From contig JAQXBQ010000260.1 in assembly GCA_029252325.1 (NCBI GenBank), positions 1-51,474 of the forward strand: a stretch of 51,474 nt of DNA, in the 5' to 3' direction. A program made the position numbers and the translations under genes. Below are positions 28,175-37,511 of the stretch, in pieces. Position 1 is the first letter of the stretch, and the number at the start of each line of letters is the position of its first letter. The notes beneath the pieces were generated by a model, which was not told the origin of the DNA, did not search any database, and was given only the letters and a program-made list of their open reading frames with translations. Source of the stretch: Akkermansiaceae bacterium. Its GTDB lineage: Bacteria; Verrucomicrobiota; Verrucomicrobiia; Verrucomicrobiales; Akkermansiaceae.

Positions 28175-30382
28175 ATGAAATATCTTCTCATCTCCTTTGC
28201 GAGTCTAGTTCTTGCCAGCTCCATCACCGCCCAAACACCCAACAAAGTGCCGGCCCAAATACCTATGGGCTACAAACTCGAGACCGTGCCTCTTCCACGC
28301 GGAGCTGTCACCATCCTTGGTATTTGCCATAAGCCCGATGGCACCCTTGCAGCCGCATCATGGGAGGGCGAAGTATGGGAATACAAAAATGGTAGCTGGA
28401 GCCTATTCGCCACTGGCCTCATGGAACCCAACGGCATCTACTACGATCAAAAAGATGACGCCTACTACGTTGCCCAGAAACCCGAACTAACGCGCCTTGT
28501 AGACACTGACAAGGACGGCAAATGTGACCGCTATGAGTGTGTCACTGATGAATTCGGCGCATCCGGTGAATATCACGAGTATCATTACGGGCCAGTAGTT
28601 GACTCCCTCGGTCGCAAGTACGCCTCCCTCAACCTTGGTGCCCGTGGTGACTTCATCGTCCCCGATGGTAAGAAAGGTGTCGCTGGTAACATGTCCTACA
28701 ATGCGCCGTGGCGTGGCTGGGTCTACCGCTCTGATCGCATGGGTCACTTTCAGCCACTCGCCAGCGGACTGCGCTCACCTTGTGGCATCGGCGTCAGTCC
28801 CAAAGACGAGCTCTTCGTCACCGACAACCAAGGTGACTGGGTGGCAGACTCATGCCTCTACCATATCCGTGAAGGAAACTTCTACGGTCACCCCGCCTCG
28901 CTTCCTGCAAGACCAGACTTCACCAAGGAAAAAGTCCTCTCAATGACTGCCGCAGACTTTGACAAAATCCGCACCCTTCCAGCCATCTGGTTTCCCCGTG
29001 AGGTCATCTGCAACTCACCAGGTAGTCCTGTTTGGGATACCACTGGTGGTAAATTTGGCCCATTTCAGGGACAAATGTTTATCGGTGATCAGACTCAATC
29101 TAACTACTTCCGCTGTGGCCTCGAGGAAGTCGACGGTGAGCTGCAAGGCTGGTGTGTTGATTTCATTCGCGGCACGGCCTCTGGCACTGTCAAAATGTCA
29201 TTCGATGCCGAAGGTCGTCTATGGTCGGCCCAAGTGGGACGTGGCTGGCTAAGCAAAGGCGGTAAAAGATCTGCTCTCCAGTATGCCAAATGGGATAACC
29301 AAACCCAGCCCTTTGAAATCCATAACGCTGCACTAACAAAAACAGGCTTCAAAATCACCTTCACTGATCGCATTGGAAAAAAAACCACCCCCAAAGTGAG
29401 CAGCTGGCACTATAAATACCACAGTGTTTATGGTTCACCTAAAGTTGACGAAACAGAGCTACCCGTAACCAACTACACGCTATCACCTGACCGTAAAACA
29501 GTTACCTTTGACGTTCCACTCACCACCGGCAAGGTCTATGCACTTAACTTCCAAGAACAAAAAAATACTGACTCTGCTCAGCTCGGACACAACACCGTCT
29601 ACTACACCCTCAATAAAACCCACCCCGAAAAGCAAACACGGAAGCGCACATATGATCCCAAGCGTGGCGTAAGCAGTGGCCTACTCGGCGGCTGGAGACG
29701 CAATGACAACCGCCGACCAATTCCAACTGTTGTTGAGCCACTTCCCGCAGAACAAACCTACCTACCAGCTCCAGGCGATGCCACCCAACTTGACGCAAGT
29801 CAGTGGACTAATACCGGTTGGCAGTTTGATGACAATGGCGTGATGCCGCGCGGCAAGGGCAACAACCTCACCAAAGAAGCCTATGGTTCATCTCGTATTC
29901 ATCTCGAATTCATGTTTGACGAACATGATGACCCAGAGTGGCAAGGACAGCTCTACGGAAATTCTGGTATTTTTCCAATGAGCCACTACGAGCTCCAGGT
30001 AGTCAATACCTACCAAAACCCGACAGTCGCCGATGGCCAGTGCGGCGCGCTCTATGGTCAGCGACCACCCCGCGTCAATGCTTGCCGCGCGCCTGGTGAG
30101 TGGCAATCCTATGATATCCTCTATAAGGCACCCACATTCAATGATAACGGCAGCCTAGAGGATCCACTTCGTATTAGCGTATTCCACAATGGAGTGCTCA
30201 TTCACAATGATGCTTCCTTCCTCGCCCGCATCACCACACTCTATCAAGAGCACGGCAAACTTCCTCTGAAAATTCAGGATCACAAAGGCAGCAAGGTTTC
30301 ATTCCGCAACCTATGGATCGTACCAGACATCAACTACGATACGGAGCTCGAGCCCTTCCTGAGCATTTACTCGATGAACTAG
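28175..30382 (+). CDS. glucose/sorbosone-dehydrogenase-like beta-propeller fused to DUF1080
   Basis: ELTRLVDTDKDG, YHEYHYGP, ASGLRSPCG, TDNQGDW, FYGHP; C-terminal GNSGIF..YELQV, GEWQSYDI, HNGVLIH, IQDH...VSFRNLWI. Confidence 0.85.
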   Translation: MKYLLISFASLVLASSITAQTPNKVPAQIPMGYKLETVPLPRGAVTILGICHKPDGTLAAASWEGEVWEYKNGSWSLFATGLMEPNGIYYDQKDDAYYVAQKPELTRLVDTDKDGKCDRYECVTDEFGASGEYHEYHYGPVVDSLGRKYASLNLGARGDFIVPDGKKGVAGNMSYNAPWRGWVYRSDRMGHFQPLASGLRSPCGIGVSPKDELFVTDNQGDWVADSCLYHIREGNFYGHPASLPARPDFTKEKVLSMTAADFDKIRTLPAIWFPREVICNSPGSPVWDTTGGKFGPFQGQMFIGDQTQSNYFRCGLEEVDGELQGWCVDFIRGTASGTVKMSFDAEGRLWSAQVGRGWLSKGGKRSALQYAKWDNQTQPFEIHNAALTKTGFKITFTDRIGKKTTPKVSSWHYKYHSVYGSPKVDETELPVTNYTLSPDRKTVTFDVPLTTGKVYALNFQEQKNTDSAQLGHNTVYYTLNKTHPEKQTRKRTYDPKRGVSSGLLGGWRRNDNRRPIPTVVEPLPAEQTYLPAPGDATQLDASQWTNTGWQFDDNGVMPRGKGNNLTKEAYGSSRIHLEFMFDEHDDPEWQGQLYGNSGIFPMSHYELQVVNTYQNPTVADGQCGALYGQRPPRVNACRAPGEWQSYDILYKAPTFNDNGSLEDPLRISVFHNGVLIHNDASFLARITTLYQEHGKLPLKIQDHKGSKVSFRNLWIVPDINYDTELEPFLSIYSMN

Positions 30383-30383
30383 C

Positions 30384-31289
30384 TTACTTGCAAATGCGCT
30401 CACACAGCGCACGCAAGTGATGGTCAGTAGTGCCACAGCAGCCACCGAGTATTTTTACTCCGTAGGTTTCATGTAGCATGACCATGGAATCAGCCCAAAC
30501 ATCGATATCATCAGCGATAGTTTGCTTGGTTTGCTCCAGCACATTATGATCTTTTGCTGAGGCGTTAGCACAAATTCCTACTAACCTTGCCAGCGTAGCT
30601 TTACTCATGGCGTCGGCCTTAACAAACGTCGGATGTGAGCAATTCACAGCATAACCCAGCGGCGCGCCGTTTAGCTTCTGGTCGAGTATGTTGATAGCAT
30701 CATTCAAAGGCGTGCCATCAAGCACCTGACCTTCACTATTGATGCAGAAGCTGATTATAAAAGGAAGCTCACTGGCAATCATCGCACGCGCTATGCCCTC
30801 CGCCTCACGAACGGATGGCATCGTTTGAGCTAGTAAAAAATCCAGCCCACTATCGGCTAATTGATTGGCTTGCCCAGCATGAAACAACATTGCCTCCTCT
30901 GCTGAGAGCGCCACCGATGGATTATAACAATCATTTTTTGGCGCCATCAATCCAAAGAGGTAAACATCCTGATATCCAGAATCACGCTTTACCTTCTTCA
31001 CAAAATCAACCGCGTCTTGATTGATACTCACGGGCACATCGGCAGCCGCCACGCGCTCAACATCTAGTCTCCACGTGGGTGCCGCAATGGCGACTGGCAC
31101 TCCAAACTCGCGGGCAATATCAATATATTCATGCGTGATTCCGGCAAGGATCTCAGCTGCATACTCCTCGTAGATAAGCGGAGAATTAAAAAGAGTTGGG
31201 TGCAGGTTGATGGAATTATTTCCTCTAAGGCGCTCACAAATAGCAGCCTCAGAAAGAACAAACGAATACTCTGAAAATAAAGGCAACAT
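30384..31289 (-). CDS. homocysteine S-methyltransferase family protein
   Basis: Start re-placed at MLPLFSEY; PTWR, AQTMPS..EA, AVNCSHP, ILGGCCGT Zn ligands. Confidence 0.85.
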   Translation of the reverse strand: MLPLFSEYSFVLSEAAICERLRGNNSINLHPTLFNSPLIYEEYAAEILAGITHEYIDIAREFGVPVAIAAPTWRLDVERVAAADVPVSINQDAVDFVKKVKRDSGYQDVYLFGLMAPKNDCYNPSVALSAEEAMLFHAGQANQLADSGLDFLLAQTMPSVREAEGIARAMIASELPFIISFCINSEGQVLDGTPLNDAINILDQKLNGAPLGYAVNCSHPTFVKADAMSKATLARLVGICANASAKDHNVLEQTKQTIADDIDVWADSMVMLHETYGVKILGGCCGTTDHHLRALCERICK

Positions 31290-31293
31290 GTAC

Positions 31294-32298
31294 TTAATCT
31301 GAGACAGAATGACGAGATGAACTATCATCAACCGGATTCCAATCATCACTTGTTTTAGTAGCCGCAATGGCAACCAACTCGGAATTTTTCTTGCCAGTCA
31401 CAATAGGTCCATTTTTGGACAGCGCTTCGACCTCGTCAGATTGACACTCAAGATAACGCTCACTTGCCATCTCTGCAGCTAGCTCCGAGCCATAAAGAAA
31501 CGCCTGCATGGCAAAGTAAATCCAGAACAGCACCAACACCAAAGTCAATGCGCTACCATAAAAGCTGCCTACGTCTGTGTGCTTGAGAAACTGCGCTAGC
31601 CCGATCTTCAAACCTACTAACAAAACTGCGCTTGCAAAGCCACCTACAAGCGCCTCCTTAAACTTCGGCGGCCTAGCTGGAAGCCATCTCATAGCAACAG
31701 CGGCAAGCACGATCATGGCACAAAATGAAAGTACGGGTGACACAGCCGCCGCCAATTTGAGTAGAAGTGGCGAATCATTCACTGAGCTCACAATAACCCC
31801 CATGATGGTTTCAAAAATAACAGCACTGGCAATAAATACGCCCAAAACGAGTAACATCAGCAATGCCGCGAGCCTCCCAAGCAAACCAGCAATCGCTGCC
31901 TTACGACCTTTTTTGAGGGAAGCTCCGAATACTTTACCCAATGATTTGCGAAGCTCTGCAATGACCTTTGTCGCCGCGAAGAAAAGCAGTAAACCACCAA
32001 TGAGTGGCGATACACCCGAGCCAATCCAATGAATTTCTGTTTTAAGAATCTGAGCAAAGTATCCGCCAACAGTTGCTCCCGCCACACGGTCAGCTTCCGC
32101 AACTAAGATGCGAGTCGCTGTCTCCTGGTCGACAAAAACCGAGGCGATGGTAATGCCCACAAGCAAGATCGGCACGAGCGAAATCAACGAGTAAAAAGCC
32201 AGTGCCGCCGCCTCATCGGCGTGCTTATGGTGCCACCACTTGGCCGCCGCTCTACCCAGGCGCACGGACCACAGATTGATGATGGCAAAAAATCTCAT
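31294..32298 (-). CDS. YihY/virulence factor BrkB family inner membrane protein
   Basis: AAALAFYSLISLVPILL, YGSALTLVLVLFWIYF....FLYGSE; multiple TM helices. Confidence 0.88.
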   Translation of the reverse strand: MRFFAIINLWSVRLGRAAAKWWHHKHADEAAALAFYSLISLVPILLVGITIASVFVDQETATRILVAEADRVAGATVGGYFAQILKTEIHWIGSGVSPLIGGLLLFFAATKVIAELRKSLGKVFGASLKKGRKAAIAGLLGRLAALLMLLVLGVFIASAVIFETIMGVIVSSVNDSPLLLKLAAAVSPVLSFCAMIVLAAVAMRWLPARPPKFKEALVGGFASAVLLVGLKIGLAQFLKHTDVGSFYGSALTLVLVLFWIYFAMQAFLYGSELAAEMASERYLECQSDEVEALSKNGPIVTGKKNSELVAIAATKTSDDWNPVDDSSSRHSVSD

Positions 32299-32411
32299 AG
32301 TTTCTGCAATCAGACTAACCTGCCCAGCGACAGATGACCAGAATGATGTCAGCAACTGGCTCGGAGGCCTCATCGAGGCAATGCATCGCGCGCCGCGCTA
32401 GAGGCAAGCTT

Positions 32412-33863
32412 TTAGGATTGCACAATATTTTTCACCACATGGCCGTGCACATCGGTCAGGCGGAAGTAGCGGCCTTGATACTTGTAGGTGAGTTGCTCGT
32501 GATCGACACCCAGCTGATTAAGCAGTGTGGCATGAAAGTCATGCACGTGCACTGGGTCCTTAACGATGTTGTAGCAGTAATCGTCGGTCTCCCCATGGGT
32601 GACGCCTCCCTTGAAGCCCCCGCCTGCTACCCAAGTAGAGAAACAGAGCGGGTGGTGGTCACGGCCAAAGCTCTTAGGGTTGTAGTTGCCTTGGCAGTAG
32701 TTGGTTCGACCAAACTCACCACCCCAGACAATGACCGTGTCATCCAATAATCCACGTTGCTTGAGATCCATCACCAATGCTGCCGAAGCCTGGTCGGTTT
32801 CCTTTGCTTGTATGGGTAACTTATTGGGTAACTGGCCGTGCTGATCCCAGCCTTGGTGGTAAAGCTGAATAAAGCGCACGCCACGCTCGCAGAGCCGGCG
32901 GGCAAGCAGGCAGTTAGCCGCATAGGTGCCAGGAGTTTTAGCATCCTCGCCATACATCTTATAGATATGCTCTGGCTCATCCTTCATATCGGTAACTTCC
33001 GGAATCGATGACTGCATGCGGAAGGCCATCTCATACTGGGAGATGCGGTTTTCCAACTCCAGATCCCCTGACTCCGCAAGCTGCGCCTGGTGAAGATCAC
33101 GCAGGCGATCAAGCATCATGCGTCGTCCTTTGGCGCTCTGACCCTTTGGATTATTAAGGTAAAGTACTGCATCCTTATCGGAACGAAAACGTACACCGTC
33201 GTGCCTGCCAGGTAAGAAACCACTGCCCCACAAGCGGGACTGCAGTGGCTGACCGCTCTTGCCCTTAGTAATGAGCACGACAAAGGACGGCAGGTTCTCA
33301 TTCAGTGAGCCCAACCCATAATCGAGCCATGATCCCATGGCAGGGCGGCCTGAGAGCTGTGATCCAGTCTGTAAAAAATTAATCGCAGGTCCGTGGTTAA
33401 TGGCCTCGGTCTTCATGGTATTAATCAGCGAGATCTCATCCGCAATGCCTGCGGTGTAGGGCAGAAGCTCCCCATTCATCCACATGCCACACTCTCCGTG
33501 CTGGGCAAACTTGTAGGGCGAGCCCACCAGAGGCAGCGTCGCCTGATTACCCGACATCCCAGTGAGGCGCTGACCACCGCGTACTGAGTCTGGAAGCTCC
33601 TTACCGGTCTCCTTCACCAAATGAGGCTTGTGGTCAAACAAGTCCATCTGAGACGGACCGCCTGATTGAAACATATAGATCACCCGCTTCGCTTTCGGGA
33701 AAAAATGGCTGATCTGCTCTGGCGTCTGGCTCGCACCAAAACCCTCCCCCGTCAGTAGATTACCAAGTGCCAGGGATCCAAGCCCACCACCAAGACGGGC
33801 GAGTGCCGTGCGACGGGTCATGGAAGGCCGCTCATGGCCTGTGCATAATGGTGAATTCTGCAT
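32412..33863 (-). CDS. DUF1501 protein (Tat-exported, sulfatase-like fold)
   Basis: Twin-arginine TRR, AKRVIYMFQSGGPSQMDLFD.KP, CLLARRL.ERGVRFIQL, WD.H, WGGEFGRT, GRDHH, RLTDVHG. Confidence 0.93.
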   Translation of the reverse strand: MQNSPLCTGHERPSMTRRTALARLGGGLGSLALGNLLTGEGFGASQTPEQISHFFPKAKRVIYMFQSGGPSQMDLFDHKPHLVKETGKELPDSVRGGQRLTGMSGNQATLPLVGSPYKFAQHGECGMWMNGELLPYTAGIADEISLINTMKTEAINHGPAINFLQTGSQLSGRPAMGSWLDYGLGSLNENLPSFVVLITKGKSGQPLQSRLWGSGFLPGRHDGVRFRSDKDAVLYLNNPKGQSAKGRRMMLDRLRDLHQAQLAESGDLELENRISQYEMAFRMQSSIPEVTDMKDEPEHIYKMYGEDAKTPGTYAANCLLARRLCERGVRFIQLYHQGWDQHGQLPNKLPIQAKETDQASAALVMDLKQRGLLDDTVIVWGGEFGRTNYCQGNYNPKSFGRDHHPLCFSTWVAGGGFKGGVTHGETDDYCYNIVKDPVHVHDFHATLLNQLGVDHEQLTYKYQGRYFRLTDVHGHVVKNIVQS

Positions 33864-33909
33864 GATAAAAGTGGTAGCTAGTTGAGTTGGTGTAAAAGCG
33901 GGTTATAGA

Positions 33910-34086
33910 GCGGGCGACGGTGTGGAAGCGAAGCTTTCAGGAGGAGTGCAAGCGGGCCATCAAGCGGGCGACGCTGTGGAAGCAAAGCTTTCAGGAGGAA
34001 CCGAGCGGAGCGAGATGGACAGGGAGCAAAGCGACCGTGCCCGCAGGGTGCATGCCGCGGGGCGGCAGGCATCAACGCAAGCGGGC
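33910..34086. repeat. two ~46-bp direct repeat units, the second interrupted by a 72-bp insertion
   Basis: GCGGGCGACG[GC]TGTGGAAGC[GA]AAGCTTTCAGGAGGA at 33910-33945 and 33964-33999, each continuing with ..GCAAGCGGGC. Confidence 0.8.
34002..34073. mobile_element. putative miniature (MITE/REP-like) insertion with AAC target-site duplication
   Basis: AAC at 33999-34001 and 34074-34076 flank a GC-rich 72-bp structured segment; removing it restores the repeat unit. Confidence 0.55.
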
Positions 34087-34094
34087 TATATGAT

Positions 34095-37000
34095 TTAATG
34101 TTTGATGAGAGTTTTGTCGTAGTTAAAGAGCGTCAACACCGTGTTGGCCATTGCGGCAAGCTCAGCGGGCGGCAGCTTCGGATCAGCCACCTTACTGCCC
34201 GTCTTCAGAAATTCGACAGCTTCCTCAGGGTGCTGTTGAAAGTAACTGAGCTGATCCTCATACAGGTCTACCAAGACTTGAGTTTCTTTCTCGCTGGGTC
34301 TGCGGCCTGTCGTAAGCCGAACTACTTGCTCAATTCTCTGTGGAGCTGCATCGAATACCGCTAGCACATTCCCAGCCGTGATACGGGCAGCCTCAATAAA
34401 CTGCGGCGAATTCAGCAATACAAGGCTCTGCAAGGGTGTCGTAGTTTGCTCACGCTTGACTGCGCAGACCTGCCTCTTGGCGGCATCAAGCGTCAGCATT
34501 AAGGGGCTAGGGCCATTGACCTGCCAAAAGGTATAGAGGGAGCGCCGATAGAGTCCCTCTCCCTTACTTGTGCCGCCCCTCTTGAAAGAGTGTGCCAAAT
34601 CATAAGGTCTTACCGGAGAGCCTCCAACACGGCGGGACAGCAGCCCACCAGTGGCCAGTGCATTGTCACGCAGCATCTCGGCGGTGAGTGGCTCCGCCGG
34701 GTAATGTGAAAGCCATCTATTCTCAGGGTCTTGCTCATTTAAAATACCCTGCTCCGTCGTCGAAAGAACGGCGAGCTGACTGCTCTGGCGATAAGTGTGA
34801 GAGAGCACAATGCGCTTGATCAAATGGTGTAAGTTCCAATCTGAATTCACAAAATCACGTGCCAACCAGTCAAGTAGCTCCGGGTGGCTTGGCACCGCCC
34901 CCTGATTGCCGAAATCCTCACTCGAGCTCACAATGCCAGTGCCAAAAAACATCTGCCAGTAACGATTCACTGCCACGCGCGCCGTAAGCGGATGATCCGG
35001 ATGAGTGATGGAGCGGGCAAAATCAAGCCGGTTTTGTCGTCTAGCTGAAGCCCCATTGGCCGCACTATTGTTTTGTTGTTTTAAAACTACAAAATCTTTT
35101 ATTATTTCGGGCATCGCAGGTTGCACCTCCTCACTAGGTTGATTGTATTCACCGCGGTTGAGGATGTGTGTTTTCACTGGCTCACCAGCGGTTTCACGCA
35201 TCGTCATGATACGGGGAATGCTGTCCTGCAGATCGTAGAGCTTCTTACGCGCTGCCTGGAGTTGCTCCTGCTTGGCCACAATCTGGCCATTGCCCTGCAT
35301 CACCGGTGCTCCTGCGTGCAGGGCTTGCACCTGGCTCGGATCCAGTGCTGCTTCATATAGCTGGAAGGACTTGAGCTTAGCTCCCTTGAGGCCCTTATCG
35401 CGCATGACCGCACCGATCACCACGTGCTTGAAGCCCTTGTTTGGGTCAATTTTGTTGGTCAGTGTGTCGTAGCGAACCTCTGTAGGCATCGGCTTGCCAT
35501 CGAGATAGAGCCGCACACCCTCGGCACGCGAGCTGCCGTCATAGCTCATCGTCAGATCGATCCAGCGCTTGGTAGGCAGGACCTCACGGGAGACGACCTC
35601 GATCGCGTTACCCGGGTAGAAGTGGGCCACTTTGACCGTCACTTTACCATCCTCTACCATCATGGTAATGCCGCGGTAGCCTGCGTCCAACGTAGCCTGA
35701 GACTGGCCGTAGATATAAGCTCGCTCATATTTTTCAGTGACTAGTAGCCCCAGACTGGCAGTCATGGGTTGCTGCCGCCTGGTTTTTTCCTGTGGGTAAT
35801 CTAGGCGAATCGCGTGATCTCCGTTTAAGGCCCTGCCGCCGTCTTTTTCCTTGGAATAGTTCTGGCTGATGACGGGCTTAAGCACCTGATCGGTTGATGA
35901 AAAGACAAGCGAGCCGTATTCCCGCTCTACCCTGACTATCTGGGCCTTGTGGGCAGCGATTTGCTTTTCCTGACCTGGCTTGTTCAACGCCAACGACGGT
36001 GTCGGTATCGTATCACCATGCATGTAGGGATAGAGGCCAAACTCATCAATATTGGAGAAGAAAGCGGCCATCGAGAAATAATCCTTCTGGGTGAGCGGGT
36101 CATATTTATGATCATGGCATTTAGTGCACTCCATGGTCAGCCCAAGAAATGCTGTTCCGACCGTGTTGACCCGGTCCGCGATGTAGGCCTGGCGGAATTC
36201 CTCGGGGACAGAGCCACCCTCCGCCTTCTGCCCATGGAGACGATTGAAAGCCGTGGCCAGCTTGGATTCCTGAGTCGCGCCCTGAATCAGGTCGCCCGCA
36301 AGCTGATGAGTGATGAAGTCCTTATAGGGCTGGTTACCCTGAAAGGCGCGGATCACCCAGTCCCGCCATTGCCAGACAACGCGGTGGCGATCAATCTGGT
36401 AGCCGTAGGAATCAGAATAGCGGGCAACATCAAGCCACTCGGTGGCCATGCGCTCAGCATAAGCGGGGCTGGCAAAAAGGCGATCCACCTGCTTTTCGTA
36501 CGCTTGGGGTGACTCATCGGTGAGGAAGGCGTCGATCTCTGCAAGGCTGGGTGGCAAACCGGTAAGATCAAAGCTGACTCGGCGCAACCACAGCTCTCTT
36601 GAAGCCGCAGGTGCTGGGCTGAGCTTGTGGTCGGTAAGAGTGCGGGCTATAAAATGGTCAACCGGAGTGTGCGCGGACGGGTGCTTGGATTCCGGCACAG
36701 GAACAGATTCCGGAAGCTCGGTGAAGGCCCAGTGCTTTTCATACTTCGCCCCCTCCTTAATCCACTGGCTCAGGATGGCCTTCTGCTCGTCACTGAGCGT
36801 CATCTTCGCCTTGGGCGGGGGCATGACATCTTCCGGATCATTACTGTGGATGGTTTCAATGAGCCGGCTTGCCTTCGGGTTGCCCGGAACAATACCGGCG
36901 TAGCCCCCCAGATCTGCGGTCGCGTTTTCAAAGCTATCGAGGCGGAACTCGGACTCGTTGTTCTCGGCATCAGGGCCGTGGCACTTGAAGCACTTGTCAG

Positions 37001-37166
37001 AGAGGATCGGCCGGACCTGGTGGGAGAAGGAAATCGGTTTGGGCGCAGGAGCTTCCGCCTGGGCGCTCATGCCGCTGGCCGCAAGCAGCAGGAAAGGTCC
37101 CAGCTGCCAACGCCGCCATAAGCCCACTCGCCAAAAGTCCACGATACCCTTTCTCATCACAGTCAT
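34095..37166 (-). CDS. PSD1/DUF1553 + DUF1549 + planctomycete cytochrome C protein with LamG-like insert
   Basis: VRPILSDKCFKCHGPD, HWAF, LRRVSFDLTGLPP, WLDVARYSDS.G, CTKCHDHKYDP, HPLTARVAVNRYWQ..FG.G, PSHPELLDWLA; start may be 37157. Confidence 0.92.
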   Translation of the reverse strand: MTVMRKGIVDFWRVGLWRRWQLGPFLLLAASGMSAQAEAPAPKPISFSHQVRPILSDKCFKCHGPDAENNESEFRLDSFENATADLGGYAGIVPGNPKASRLIETIHSNDPEDVMPPPKAKMTLSDEQKAILSQWIKEGAKYEKHWAFTELPESVPVPESKHPSAHTPVDHFIARTLTDHKLSPAPAASRELWLRRVSFDLTGLPPSLAEIDAFLTDESPQAYEKQVDRLFASPAYAERMATEWLDVARYSDSYGYQIDRHRVVWQWRDWVIRAFQGNQPYKDFITHQLAGDLIQGATQESKLATAFNRLHGQKAEGGSVPEEFRQAYIADRVNTVGTAFLGLTMECTKCHDHKYDPLTQKDYFSMAAFFSNIDEFGLYPYMHGDTIPTPSLALNKPGQEKQIAAHKAQIVRVEREYGSLVFSSTDQVLKPVISQNYSKEKDGGRALNGDHAIRLDYPQEKTRRQQPMTASLGLLVTEKYERAYIYGQSQATLDAGYRGITMMVEDGKVTVKVAHFYPGNAIEVVSREVLPTKRWIDLTMSYDGSSRAEGVRLYLDGKPMPTEVRYDTLTNKIDPNKGFKHVVIGAVMRDKGLKGAKLKSFQLYEAALDPSQVQALHAGAPVMQGNGQIVAKQEQLQAARKKLYDLQDSIPRIMTMRETAGEPVKTHILNRGEYNQPSEEVQPAMPEIIKDFVVLKQQNNSAANGASARRQNRLDFARSITHPDHPLTARVAVNRYWQMFFGTGIVSSSEDFGNQGAVPSHPELLDWLARDFVNSDWNLHHLIKRIVLSHTYRQSSQLAVLSTTEQGILNEQDPENRWLSHYPAEPLTAEMLRDNALATGGLLSRRVGGSPVRPYDLAHSFKRGGTSKGEGLYRRSLYTFWQVNGPSPLMLTLDAAKRQVCAVKREQTTTPLQSLVLLNSPQFIEAARITAGNVLAVFDAAPQRIEQVVRLTTGRRPSEKETQVLVDLYEDQLSYFQQHPEEAVEFLKTGSKVADPKLPPAELAAMANTVLTLFNYDKTLIKH

Positions 37167-37185
37167 GATACGGCAAGGGCAGGGA

Positions 37186-37215
37186 TTTTCTATCCTTAAA
37201 TTTTCTATCCTTAAA
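37186..37215. repeat. 15-bp tandem duplication TTTTCTATCCTTAAA x2
   Basis: Directly visible just upstream of the PSD1 gene. Confidence 0.85.
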
Positions 37216-37364
37216 AAAAGGGACTCTGGCAGAACGCGCTCACGTCATCCGCTGACTGCGGGCTCAGATACAATGACCATCCGTGTCTTGAAGGACAACG
37301 CTTACACAAAGCCTGATCAAGGCTCACGCAAAGGCGCCAAAGCGCCAAGGGATTCGCTGAAAAC

Positions 37365-37397
37365 AAAAAACCCCGCCGTTTGAAGAGCAGGGGTTTT
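37365..37397 (-). terminator. probable intrinsic terminator of the PEP-CTERM gene
   Basis: Minus strand AAAACCCCTGC-loop-GCGGGGTTTTTT. Confidence 0.65.
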
Positions 37398-37400
37398 GAA

Positions 37401-37431
37401 AACGAAGAACAAGGAACGAGGAACCAAGAAC
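37401..37431. repeat. heptamer tandem repeats (AACNARG-like)
   Basis: AACGAAG AACAAGG AACGAGG AACCAAG AAC. Confidence 0.75.
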
Positions 37432-37457
37432 AGCCGCCGTTAGGCGGCTATCGCTCA

Positions 37458-37511
37458 TCGTCCGCCGGAGGCGGATCAGCTGCGCTTGCGGCGCAGCATC
37501 AGGGCAAGGCC
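37458..37511 (-). repeat. 54-bp repeat copy A (PEP-CTERM tail + 3' hairpin), inverted relative to 45029-45082
   Basis: Reverse complement is identical to 45029-45082. Confidence 0.9.

Noticed and set aside
33878-34090. Possible CRISPR array or the 65-aa ORF
   Set aside because: Only two degenerate units, no unique regular spacers and no cas genes; the ORF is a translation of the repeat.
37228-37350. GCAGAAC... as a possible integron attC site, and the CACGCAAAGGCGCCAAAGCGCCAAG motif
   Set aside because: No complementary GTTCTGC end and no integrase; the second motif is single-copy here and cannot be supported as an element.
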